A DNA stretch of 64,000 nt from Mizuhopecten yessoensis (lineage: Eukaryota): contig NW_018408914.1 in assembly GCF_002113885.1 (NCBI RefSeq), positions 256,731-320,730 of the forward strand, given 5' to 3'. The notes under the pieces are model-generated. The model had not been told where the DNA came from and ran no database searches. It saw only the letters and a list, made by a program, of their open reading frames with translations. Positions 36,400-48,734 of the stretch are shown here, piece by piece. Positions within the stretch are counted from its first letter, which is position 1; every line of letters starts with the position of its first letter. The position numbers and the translations under genes are program-made.

Positions 36400-37990
36400 T
36401 AAAAGCAACAACTGGTATGTTTAATACCAGGTATGCATCAAAACAAATTATATATTTATAATAACGTATTACCTGGAAAATACAATACACATATATATAT
36501 ATGTCTGTGATAAGTACCTGGAGAGAAACAGACATATTACGTATCTGGTAGAAAACAGTTACGCATAGGTTTAACACCTGGTAGGAGTCATTACACATAG
36601 GCTTAGCATCAGGTAGGAAACAATACGCATATGTTTAACACCAGGGTAGGAGACAATACACCTATGTTAGCATCAGGTAGGAGACATTACATAGGTTTAC
36701 CATCTGGTGGAAAACAATACATAGGTTTAACACCTGGTAGGAGACAATACACAAGGTAGGAGACAATACACATAGGTTTAACACCTGGTAGGAGACAATA
36801 CATAGGTTTAACACCTGGTAGAAGACAATATGTTTAACACCGGGTAGGAGACAACACACATAGGTTTTACACCGGGTCGGAGACAATACACATATGTTTA
36901 ACACCAGGTAGGAGACAACACACATATGTTTAACACCGGGTCGGAGACAATACACATATGTTTAACACCTGGTAGGAAACAATACATAGGTTTAACACCT
37001 GGTAGAAGACAATATGTTTAACTCCGGGTAGGAGACACCACACATAGGTTTAACACCGGGTCGGAGACAATACACATAGGTTTAACACCAGGGTAGGAAA
37101 CAATACATAGGTTTAACACCTGGTAGAAGACAATATGTTTAACACCGGGTAGGAGACAATACACATAGGTTTAACACCAGGGAAGGAGACAATACACATA
37201 GGTTTAACACCAGGTAGGAGACAACAAATGGGTTTAATACCAGGTAGGAGACAATACATATAGGTTTAACACCGGGTCGGAGACAATACACATAGGTTTA
37301 ACATCAGGGTAGGAGACAATACACATAGGTTTAACACCAGGTAGGAGACAATACATGGGTTTAATACCAGGTAGGAGACAATACATATAGGTTTAACACC
37401 GGGTCGGAGACAATACACATAGGTTAAACACCTGGCAGAGACAATACACATAGGTTTAACATCTGGTAGGGGACAATACACATAGGTTAAACACCTGGCA
37501 GAGACAATACACATGTTTAACACCTGGTAGGGGACAATACACATAGGTTAAACGCCTGGCAGAGTCAATACACATGTTTAACACCTGGTAGGAGACAATA
37601 CACATAGGTTTAACACCTGGCAGAGACAATACACATAGGTTTAGCACTTGGTAGGAGACAATACACATAGGTTTAACACCTGGTAGGAAACAATACATAG
37701 GTTAAACACCTGGTAGGAAACAATTCAGTATACACATAGGTTTGACACCTGGTAGCAGACAATACACATAGGTTTGACACCTGGTAGCAGACAATACACA
37801 TAGGTTTAACACCTGTAATGAGGCTACACATATTTTAGCACCTGGTAGGAAGCAGTACACATGTTTAACAGCTGGTGGGAGGCAATATTCATGTTAAAAC
37901 TCTGTAAGAGACAATTTACATGTAGGTTAGAACCTGTGGGACTAGGAGGTGATACACATATATAAGCACCTAGTAGGAGGCAAAACACAT
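36400..37990. repeat. ~30-33-bp minisatellite (acacataggtttaacacctggtaggagacaat)
   Basis: Dozens of units with degenerate edges. Confidence 0.93.
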
Positions 37991-39067
37991 GTTTAAAATT
38001 AATAGCAGATAAGAGACCATGCACATATTTACAAGGTAGTACCTTATAGGAGGCAATATTAAATGATAAAGATTTAGGATTGAAATATCTCACCTAAAAG
38101 GACAGAATTTGGGGGTAACAAAAGTGTTGATTGCCAATGTATTTGATCCCAAGTTATGTTCCCGAGGTTGGGATATAAATTCTGTCCTACATACTTCATT
38201 GATGGTTGAGTTATTTTCTTACATCACTTACCAATTCATTTGATTGTGATGTATAGCCACCATCTTTTGGCAAAATACCGATTTTTAGGACTCGGAGTTT
38301 GAAGTCCTTAAGTAATGTCTTTCCTATGGGACTCAATAACTTTTTGAAGACCCACTCTATCTCTTCATAATGGGACTCATCCAAAGTTTGGAAAGGTGTT
38401 CAGGACTCACCTTGTTTTAATACACAGCAATAGATATAGATAAGATACTGGAAAGTTCTAGGAAAATAGTTCAGAATGACCTAAAAGTTGTTGAGACATG
38501 AACATGCAGACTTCATTGTTTTTGCATTGTGATGTCGACGTCATGCCCATCTAGGATAGATCTTCTTATACATGACTTCTTATCATGGAAAAAAACTCTC
38601 GCCATGTATGTAAGAAACATGTTTAATACCTGTACCTGTGTCTAGTAGGTAGATACCTTTATTGATAACTTTGACTGCCTGTATCAGATAGAAGTGTCAT
38701 TATTAATTATTTTTTCAGCCCCTGCCATTAGTGGAGGGGCCATTTAGTGTTTGTGATATCTTGATTACACTTTGTATTTAGCACCATTGCTACGTAACAT
38801 TATACGGGTCCAACACTTAACTTCCTTTGTAAATACATCTGAAAGACTTCTATACCAATGTATCAAATGTAGGTCACTGTGATCTAGATGTTCTGCTCAA
38901 CTGATTTTTAATTTGGTAATATTTTGAATTAAGCTGCATCATAAACAGGAATGAGGACAAAGATGCATGTACATTTACATTTTACAAATATTTTCTGGTA
39001 CAGTACTTCATGTATTTGATAGATACGGCCTTATTAATTCCTTTTGTAACTTGTAATTGTTCTGTAG

Positions 39068-39224
39068 AAGCCTGGTCTCTAGTGCCAGTGACAGTGCTGT
39101 GCTCGGAAGCTCTCTCTCTATTGGGGTACAGGTGGGCAGTTTCTACGCTGCCCTGGCCATGATGGACACAGAGCAAGTATCAGCCTCCTCATCAGTCTCA
39201 CCACAAGTTGTAGATATTCTATGA
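39068..39224 (+). CDS. Candidate alternative/terminal exon continuing the 34446 exon
   Basis: ttgttctgtAG| acceptor; the phase-2 frame is open for 51 codons (RSLVSSASDSAVLG...MMDTEQV...DIL*) in a GC-richer island. Confidence 0.3.
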
Positions 39225-39890
39225 TTGTATCTCTGAGGTTACACATGAACAATTATCTGATTATTCAAGATTTTGGTTCACTGTTCAGGGCCATTAATGT
39301 AAACCAAAGTGTTATCAATATCCTATATTTGGCAGATTTGAACAATTAAACTAGCCCAATTTATGTTTCCAATGTAAGTTCTAATTTCGCAAGCCCTTGC
39401 ATACAATGTAGTGTAGTTATACAACCCTACTGTGCAAGTGTGTATTCAACACTGATTTTTTTTTTTTAAATAAACATGTCGTACTTTTCGAAAATGAATG
39501 CTATTGTTCAAGGGTACCTAAGAAATACAAGTTGGTGCAAGTGTGGTGAAAGTATTGTCCATGGCTTTGATTCTTTCATAAGTTTATTGATATTCCTTTC
39601 CATTTGGCATTTCCTTTTTTCACCTTTGTAGAATTTTTGTTTTAAGTTCAATTTCCTTGGTAACATGGCTACTACCTGTATGTTGTATTGGTATGGTGTT
39701 TCTCTGGTGTTACTAGTTTCCTGTAGACTATCCTTTCTTACTTATTTATTTCATACAGTTATAAGGATCCTGTGATTTCATGTACAGGTCTCACCTGGCA
39801 TTGTATGTTTTCTGTCATAAGTACACTGTACCATTGAGAAAATTATCGGTATTGACTATAAGATTAAGTTTACCAAGTATTAACAAGCCT

Positions 39891-40429
39891 TGAAGGATCC
39901 CTGTACCATAGTCATAAACTGTAAATAAGGATTGGAAACCGTGTTTTCCAGTATGACTATAGCTTTGATAAATCAGTTCTGAAAAGAAAACCATAACCTG
40001 CAGGACTTTTAGGATAAAAGTTAAAGATGAAAATAAATATAATAAAAATTACTGCGGGTCTTGAGCTGGATTCAAATCCTGAACTTCAGACTGCTGAACT
40101 CGTGCTCGAACCAAATGAGCTACCTGGTCAATAGAAGTGTCCTGGCCCAGTTGTTCTATAAGTATATCCAATAGGAAGTTTAAGGGAGGCTACTGCATAT
40201 AGGAAAAACCACAGTGCTACGGGACAGGGATCCTTAAGGAAGTTAAAGGGAGGTTACTGCATATAGGAAAAACCAAAGTGCTACGGGACAGGGATCCTAA
40301 AGGAAGTTAAAGGGAGGTTACTGCATATAGGAAAAACCACAGTGCTACGGGACAGGGATCCTTAAGGAAGTTAAAGGGAGGTTACTGCATATAGGAAAAA
40401 CCACAGTGCAACGGGACAGGAATCCTTAA
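39891..40429. mobile_element. Non-autonomous TIR element with TTAA-type ends (Kolobok-like), right end amplified as 4 x 64-bp tandem
   Basis: Left tgaa-GGATCCCTGTACCATAG (39895-39911) vs right CTACGGGACAGGGATCC-ttaa (40217-40237), 15/17 inverted match; right ends at 40233, 40297, 40361, 40425. Confidence 0.65.
40056..40129 (-). pseudogene. Degenerate tRNA-derived sequence (SINE head or tRNA pseudogene)
   Basis: A-box-like TAGCTCATTTGG (40122-40111) and B-box-like GGATTTGAATCC (40079-40068) at tRNA-like spacing; stems imperfect. Confidence 0.55.
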
Positions 40430-41136
40430 GGATGCTTTAACATTATTCAATAAACAAGACTAAGTTATAAATATTAGTCATGAATAACAATACTCTTAAG
40501 TTCTTTTGCAAATTTTTATAAATTTAGCAAATCAAAATCACTAGGTTAAAAGATAAACTTGTAAGGGGTACACTATACATTTGTATACATGCTGAAGTTT
40601 TTTCAATTTACTGGATGTGAAATTCTTGATATGTTTCCAAAATACATTCTCATGTATTGCTTACCTTTGTATGTTCAATGTGGTACTTTAATTGGTATAC
40701 ATTTTCTGATAAAGCAAACATCTACATGATTAGGTTTATGTCTTATTTCATTATGGAAACTATTTTTTCATTGTTGTTTTCATAATGTCATTATCATTTG
40801 ATCTTAATCGGATTATTATTCCCACATCATCAATCCTTTGGGTTTTAGGAGTTATATTGTACACTCATTGTAAAAAGCTTGCATGTTGTGTCGAATTACA
40901 ATGTAAGCTCCAGTTCTATCAGTTGTTATAATACTTTTATTAGAACTAGGCGTATTAATTATATAAGGCAGCTATTATAATTATATAAGGCAGCTATGAG
41001 ATATAATTTTGGATTGCTTTGCTATTTGTTATAAACACAGAAGTCAGATATAAACATAAAATTTACATTTTTCTTTCCTTTAAACAGCTTCTTAATGATA
41101 ATAGGAATTAAATTACTTTTCACAACAAAGGTAGAC

Positions 41137-41248
41137 TATTCTAGGCTTGTTCAGTGTCTTTAAGGGTTGGACTAGATAATACATTAGTCTGTTATTCTAG
41201 GCTTGTTCAGTGTCTTTAAGGGTTGGACTGGATAATACATTAGTCTGT
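41137..41248. repeat. Direct duplication of ~56 bp
   Basis: tattctaggcttgttcagtgtctttaagggttggact-gataatacattagtctgt twice. Confidence 0.85.
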
Positions 41249-42834
41249 AGATGGATAGACTGATAACTGAAGCGTACTCAGAATTGACTGCTAAATCGTT
41301 CATGTAAAGGAGTACACTTCAGTCACTGATCTATCAATTAATAGACCAATTTATTTTCTTGTTCAATCCTGGTAATTTCAAAATTAAAAAAGAAAACTGC
41401 AAAAACAATTAACAGGTACATTGATTTTTAAGTTGACTAATCAGGGGCCATATTTCATTTTCAGTTCTCCATGTTGCTATGCATGTTCTTATTTTTGTGG
41501 TGTGTCATTTAGTCTAGACTGAGTAAACAAAATGAAGTTGTTGTGAAAGGTAGCATTATATTATGTATATATGTTGTCAGGTGTTTGGTATTGCTGTTTG
41601 TATTTCTACTGAATAAGACGTATCTGTGCATAATATATAAAAGTCTAGCTTGTTATATAGGTTGCCTCATTGTATATTTAGCTTATACTGCAAGGAAGTT
41701 TTAAAAATCAGCTGATTATATTATTGCATGTGCGATGTAAATAAATAAATCTGACTCAGGTCGGGAAGTATATGGTTACCTACATATTTAGGTAACTAAG
41801 GTGTGTTAAAACAAAAATATATATACCTGTTGGGGTCATGTCAGTTTTGTTTTGTACCAAGTAAGTGACATACTTATAAAAAAATCTTGTACAGGTCACA
41901 TGAGGTGACAATTTAAAAAAAAAAGAATCTAGATTAAACTTTACTTTTGTGAGATAGTTTTATACCAGGAAAAGCAATTCAAAATTGTGTATTACCAAAA
42001 AAATGAAAAAAAAATGTATCTTCACTTTTGTATTTATTGCATGTTATATATTTGTGGGAGCCTAGGAATTTGACAAAGTGAGTAATTGATCGTTTGTCTC
42101 ATATAATATATGGTTGTTTGGAGTCCCTGGTCATCAATAAGGAAATTGTTTGTGTCTGTAGAATTAAAGTCTTTTTACTTGTGTAGACAAAAAAGTTGAC
42201 AGTGACTGATGTTATATTAATGTATGTCCGGGAGTGATCCATATGATGTTACCGTATATAAGTAACTGGTGTAGGCAACAAAGTACCGGCACGCCACTAC
42301 AACGATTAACCTATATCGGTAATTAGTAACTATATCAGTAAATAGAAAATATCAAATCTTATTCATAAAATGTGGCATTTTTAGGGGCTAACCTCTAACA
42401 ATAATACGCATGTATGGACACATAGACCAGGACATGGAAAACATCAGCAAAAAACAATAGCGAAACTCAATTTTAACTAAGTTTTTTTTACAAACAACAA
42501 TAAACAATCTTCACTGATATTATTTACTAAATAAAATTTAAACAACTCAAATCTTTTTACAATCAGAAGAAAAACAAAACATGAACATTCATGTTCCTGC
42601 TGCATGTATACGTAGCAAAATAATAAAATATGCATGTGCCCTGCCCTTGTTTGTATGTTCCATGGAATATAATGTAGAATGTAACAGGTCATCATGTTGG
42701 ATACAGAACTGTTGATTTAAAAACACATGTACACCGAAGCGTGAAGTGCTGTGCTTTTACTGTATTTATAGTTTAGTTGGCAGACTGTCCCTCTAGTGTT
42801 TCAGATTAGGAGAATATTATACAACTCATTATAT

Positions 42835-43050
42835 TTATAGGTCATCTACTGGGGTGCTGTCTGCCATCTGTAAACTTTTAACATTTTGTAATTTTACTCA
42901 GATCCATTGGTAGAATTTATTCAAAACTTACCAGGAAAGATGCTGAGATGATGCAGGCGTGTCAAGTGTTGTTTTTTTTGGTTGGTCCAATATTCAAAAA
43001 GACCATCATGACTGCCATTTTCAAAAACACTTTTAAATCTTCTTGTCAAG
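42835..43050 (+). mobile_element. Decayed HINE/Helentron-like fragment
   Basis: tttataggtcatct...gtctgccatctgtaaacttttaacatttt 5' architecture similar in style to the 6790 element; comparable remnants near 24680-24830, 38710-38910 and 53540-53730. Confidence 0.4.
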
Positions 43051-43069
43051 TCACAATACTTTATTAACT

Positions 43070-43440
43070 TGACCATTATAGTGGACCGCTATAGCAATGG
43101 TCATCAGTACCCTGCTGTCAACAACTGACCGTTACATTTGTAATCGTTACCTAGACAATACCTAACCTGACCGTCATACAGTGGACATCACTGTAGTCAG
43201 TGGTCATCAATATACCTTGCTGTCAACAACTGACTGCTACATCTGTAATAGGTACCCAGACACAATACCTAATTAACTTGACCATTATAATGGACATCAC
43301 TGTAGTCAGTGGTCATCAGTACCTTGCTGTCAAGAACTGAACATTACATCTGTTATAGTTATCTAGACACATGAACAGTCACTGGTCATTAAAGGTGTGT
43401 TTTTATGTCTCATTTGACCATCATAGTGGACGTCATCGTC
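43070..43440. repeat. Degenerate ~100-bp tandem repeat, 3-4 copies
   Basis: Recurrent tgaccat-atagtggac...tggtcatca...ccttgctgtcaacaactgac. Confidence 0.75.
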
Positions 43441-44789
43441 ATACCTCACCGAAGATGTTGATGTCAGACATACCTGACTGACCACAGAGGTGTTTGTATG
43501 TCACCTCCAATATGACCCGGGGGTGGTCAACACTACTACAAATATGACCCGGGGATGGTCAACACTACTACCGAGTAGTAGTAAATATGTCATCAAACCC
43601 TGACATGCTCAACCAGTTTGTGCATTTAAATGCATGTAATAAATAGGTTGGTCAGCTTGTTTAGAGCTAATTAGCCTACCAGTACAGTTTAGCCTGTTTA
43701 TCCAGCCACGACTAGTTCAAGTGGCTAATTATATACATAATTACCAGATAATATTTTTGGGGCCAAAATCTTTTTTGTTAACTTAAATGATTTGCATACA
43801 GTTGTGAAGTTTGATTTACAGGCAGTTATAAAAGTTGATTCAGATATATTTGTAAGGAAAATGCTGATAATTAACATTCACAATAGTAAGGGTTGGTTCA
43901 CATAGAGTTTTAAAGGATGATTCATCTTAGCCCATTTGACAGGTTGGTTCTCATAAAGATTTGAAAGTTGATTCACTAAAGGTTGTAAAGATAGACATCC
44001 TGGAGCTGTGACTTAAAACATTTAAGTTAAGTATGAGATGTCAATGTGTGGGTGGTATTTTATGCACATTGTTAGTCAACCTCCTAATAAACTGATATAT
44101 CAAGTTGGTATGTAACTTTAAGGATTGAACCAAGTGTCATGGGCAAAGTTTTCCTGTGGACTCTTCAGATTTGAAGTTCACTATGTAAAAAACCAAAAGA
44201 GAACATGTTCATCTGCTTCAATGTATGGTCTGGCTATAAAGATTTTCAGTGTGGAGTTATAATGGTCTTCATGGTGGGAGTTAAATGGGACTTATAACAC
44301 TCTTCAAGGCAAAGCTGGAACAATTTTCAGCATGGGAGTTTTAATGAACTTCAAAATGGGGGTTATAATGATCTTCAAGGCAAGAATTATAACCATCTCA
44401 CGGGTAGGGAATGATAAGTGTGTATATGAATTTAACCCTAGCTTTAGTGTATTGATTAAGGATTTGCTACCTTACACATAAATACTTTTGTAACTGTTAT
44501 GAGAGTTATCCCCCTTACACATGTTCAGCATCACCTAATAGTTCTCTATTAAAGAAGTGTTATCTGTGTATTCTTGTGAAAAATTGAATGTGTCTTTACT
44601 GAACGCACCCATTAAACATATTTAACAGGTTTGTTAATATGGAGCTCTTTTGAATAAGGAGGTAAATGTGACTATTCGGAAGCTTTTATCCTTAAGTGCT
44701 ATGCATATTAGCCCTGTCTATAATGTTGGAATATGTGTCGACCCCTGAAACCTTGCTGTGCATAGTACAATTGTATTGGTATGTTAGTT

Positions 44790-45320
44790 TGACCCTATGT
44801 GAGCCCTTGCTGAGGTGTTGATATATACCTGTTTGAGCCCTTCAGAGTGCAGTGTTGGTTTGTGTTTGACTCTGAGCCCTGGCTGAGGTGTAGATATACA
44901 ATGTACCTGTTTGAGCCCAGCTGAGCCCTTCAGGATGCAGTGTTGGTTTGTGTTTGACCCTGAGCCCTGGCTGATGTGTTGATATATACAATGTACCTGT
45001 TTGAGTCCTGCTGAGCCCTTCAGGATGCAGTGTTGGTTTGTGTTTGACTCTGAGCCCTGGCTGATGTGTTGATATATACAATGTACCTGTTTGAGCCCTG
45101 CTGAGCCCTTCAGGCTGTAGTGTTTGTTCTTGTTTGAGCCTGAGCCCTGGCTGAGATATTGATATATATCTGTTTGAGCCCATGAGCCCTGGCTGTAGTG
45201 TTGATTCGGGTTTGACCCTGAGCCCTGGCTGAGATATATCTGGTTGAGCCCAAATTGAGCCCTTCAGGCTGTAGTGTTTGTTCTTGTTTGACCCTGAGCC
45301 CTAGCTGTAGTGTTGGTAGT
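44790..45320. repeat. ~93-bp composite repeat built from tgagccc sub-units
   Basis: 31-aa periodicity in the overlapping ORF; direct inspection. Confidence 0.85.
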
Positions 45321-45690
45321 ATACGATTGCTATCGTTATATGATGTTGGTATATGAAGTTTACCTGCTGACATTATTGGTGCCTAAATACACTGACTTAA
45401 TGTCCCACAACACCAAGTGTGTAACACAACCTTAACAAAGTGCTGAGGTAATTAGTTATCTATATGTTACAGTAAAGGTCAGACATATGTGAATTAATTA
45501 CATTATACATGTATAGGAATGAGTTGTGATCGATTGTACACGTTGTACACTAGTGCATTAGACCTCTACATGTATATGTATGTATATATATATGAAACTC
45601 TTTGAAAATTAGTGAACTATCAATTAAAGTTTCACATTTTGTTCATTTGAGGTTGATCGAGTAAATTAGGAACCGAGTATTTTATTGGTG

Positions 45691-46860
45691 GACTTAGCTG
45701 AGGATGGTATGTAAATGACAGACTTAGCTGAGGATGGTATGTAGATGACAGACTTAGCTGAGGATGGTATGTAGACGACAGGCTTAGCTGAGGATGGTAT
45801 GTAGACGACAGACTGAGCTGAGGATGGTATGGAGACGACAGACTTAGCTGAGGGTGGTATGTAGACAAAAGACTTAGCTGAGGATGGTATCTAGATGACA
45901 GACTTAGCTGAGTATGGTATGTAGACGACAGACTGAGCTGAGGATGGTATGGAGACGACAGACTTAGCTGAGGATTGTATGTAAATTCCAGACTTAGCTG
46001 AGGATGGTATCTAGATGACAGACTTAACTGAGGATGGTATGTAGATGACAGACGTAACTGAGGATGGTATGTAGATGGCAGACTTAGCTGAGGATGGTAA
46101 GTAGACGACAGACTTAGCTGAGGGTGGTATGTAGACAAAAGACTTAGCTGAGGATGGTATCTAGATGACAGACTTAGCTGAGTATGGTATGTAGACGACA
46201 GACTGAGCTGAGGATGGTATGGAGACGACAGACTTAGCTGAGGACGGTATGTAGATGACAGACTTGGCTGAGGATGGTATGTAGACGACAGGCTTAGCTG
46301 AGGATGGTATGTAAGTGACAGACTTAGCTGAGGATGGAATGTAGACGACAGACTTAGCTGGGGATGGTATGTAGATGACAGTCTTAGCTGAGGATGGTAT
46401 GTAGACGACAGGCTTAGCTGAGGATGGAATGTAGACGACAGACTTAGCTGAGGATTGTATGTAAATGACAGACTTAGCTGATGATGGTATGTAGATGACA
46501 GACTTGGCTGAGGATGGTATGTAGATGTCAGACTTAGCTGAGGATGGTATCTAGATGACAGACTTAACTGAGGATGGTATGTAGATGGCAGACTTAGCTG
46601 AGGATGGTAAGTAGACGACAGACTTAGCTGAGGATGGTGTGTAGATGACAGACTTAGCTGGGGATGGTATGTAGATGACAGTCTTAGCTGAGGATGGTAT
46701 GTTGATGACAGACTTAGCTGAGGATGGAATGTAGACGACAGACTTAGCTGAGGAGGGTATGTAGATGACAGACTTAACTGAGGATGGGATGTAGATGACA
46801 GACTTAGCTGAGGATGGTATGTTGATGACAGACTTAGCTGAGGATGGTATGTAGATGACA
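45691..46860. repeat. 30-bp minisatellite, 39 copies (gacttagctgaggatggtatgtagatgaca)
   Basis: Exact 30-bp phase throughout with no indels. Confidence 0.97.
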
Positions 46861-47415
46861 TTTACTGGTAGACCAACACTTGTTATGGTTGCAATTTAAG
46901 TCAGGATTAAACAATAGGAAATACAGTGTTAGTTTAAAAGGTCAGCCTTGGGTGTATCAGTTTAAATAGTTCAAAGTTGGGCACATTGGTCTAAAAGTGT
47001 TGAGGGTTTGGCATATATTAAGTTGGAAGTGTTGGTACAAAAGTTTTGAGAGTTCGGAGCATTAGTGTTAATTAAGGTATTAGAGTATGAATCAGAGATT
47101 AAATGTTATCATTTTAGGGATACAAATATAACGAGCTTATTGGAGTATTTTTAGCTATGCATGCATAATTGCATGTAGTTTTGTTGATTTATGTACAACA
47201 CTTAAATAGGATTTATCACATTTCTTCAAAAGGAAAGATTTCCTTGTATATACGTAATTAGTACAGTGGAGGGTGCATGGTGTTGTTCATGTCCTTGTGT
47301 TACAAGGGATGGAGTTTGTCATCCCATCTTGTGCACCATTCAGGAAGTTTTACATTATAGAAATAGCACCTGAATCATGCTGTTAAATAGTTCACTATTA
47401 AACTTTACAGGAAAA

Positions 47416-47471
47416 ATGTACGTCTTTGTTTTTCTCAAAAGTTTTATTTCATTCTCTACCGGAATGTTGCG
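47416..47471 (+). CDS. Candidate alternative first coding exon (MYVFVFLKSFISFSTGMLR)
   Basis: aaaaATG start, 56 nt open, perfect CG|gtaagt donor in phase 2, same as the 34446 exon. Confidence 0.4.
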
Positions 47472-48493
47472 GTAAGTACTCCTCGTCATTGATGTTTGGT
47501 TATCAGTTACGTTGATAGTTTTAACTCAGTGAGATCATCGTGACTAATTGATTCATACAGTTAAGTTTGTATGTTTTCATGAATGTCAGTTTTCAAATGA
47601 ATACATTGAAGGTGACTCAATCAGAATACAATTGGTAGTATCTGTGTAGTATACACTTGTTAATCTAGGCTAGTCACTTTCTCCTCCTCTTTCCTTTACT
47701 CATACACACAAATATTTCTCCCATTTAACATTACCCCTACCTCCACCACCAGGCTGGCTGGGAGGTGTGGGGGAAGTCAATGACAAGTGTTATAGTATAT
47801 AGTTACCACAAGTGCAGGTTAGGGGTCAAGTGGGCTCAAATAGCCTGCATACAACTTGTACCTCTACACTTTTAAATTGGTATTTATATTATCCATATAA
47901 TCTTGTTATGTCTGTATGATATATTGTAAGCTTTGTATAAAATAATATAAAAAGTTAATTTGAATATGCCGGGTCTCTACAATTCTGTCGGACATACATT
48001 GTTTTTTTTATCCACTTTTAGGAGTACTGATCCTTCCTAGAAATTTAGGGTTTCCAATAATGCCAAAGTGTTAAATCAATTAAAAAAATCGGTAGAAAAT
48101 ACTTGGTTTTTAGACAAAAATTGACAACAGTTTGAAAGTCTTCTGGAAAACCCTCTGAATTTCCATTCTTGATCTGCACCACTGATTTCAACCACACCCC
48201 ATCAATGTAGTGCTAGGGGCTCACCTTGTAAATTAAAGCTAGACAGCTGCTGTCTAATGCTGAAGGCATTCTTTTAGTTTAAGGTTTCATCAATATATAA
48301 AAAAAAAAGTATATACTTCTCATGGAAACTGGGACTAAACAGCGTCATATCCATATATAGAATTAATGAGGTTTGAGCTAAATATTGGTATGAAAACCCA
48401 GCTCAGTCCTAATCAAAAATCCCCTTCTTTAAATCAATTTTGATGGGACAGATGTATATAGATATAAATAAAGCAAAACACGAAGACTAGTAT

Positions 48494-48538
48494 AATCGGC
48501 TAGCGCTTTCCCCCATCTTGGGGCTCTTCAGGCGATTT
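48494..48538 (-). ncRNA. Minimal type I hammerhead ribozyme, mutated copy
   Basis: aaatcgc-CUGAAGA-GCCC-caagau-GGGG-GAAA-GCGC-UA-gccgauu; the stem II closing G-C pair is changed to G-G. Confidence 0.6.
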
Positions 48539-48688
48539 TTTATTTGTGACGTCATAAATGGAACTCATGTAATCTTTTTAAAACGTCACAATTTCTAGAT
48601 GTCCGCATTATGTGTACTTTGTTTATGACGTCATTATTTTTGACGTCTAAAGTATGTGTACTCCATTTATGACGTCACAAATAAATTT

Positions 48689-48734
48689 AAATCGCCTGAA
48701 GAGCCCCAAGAAGGGCGAAAGCGCTAGCCGATTT
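48689..48734 (+). ncRNA. Minimal type I hammerhead ribozyme (Penelope-type)
   Basis: aaatcgc-CUGAAGA(48696-48702)-GCCC-caagaa-GGGC-GAAA(48717-48720)-GCGC-UA^gccgauuu; intact core, 4-bp stem II, palindromic AGCGCU in place of stem III, stem I with one bulge. Confidence 0.8.

Noticed and set aside
40056-40129. Functional tRNA gene
   Set aside because: Acceptor and anticodon stems do not pair convincingly and the B-box is degenerate; treated as a derived relic.
45632-46861. 409-aa ORF (SSTYHPQLSL)n
   Set aside because: Translation of a 30-bp minisatellite; no splice context or unique coding flanks.
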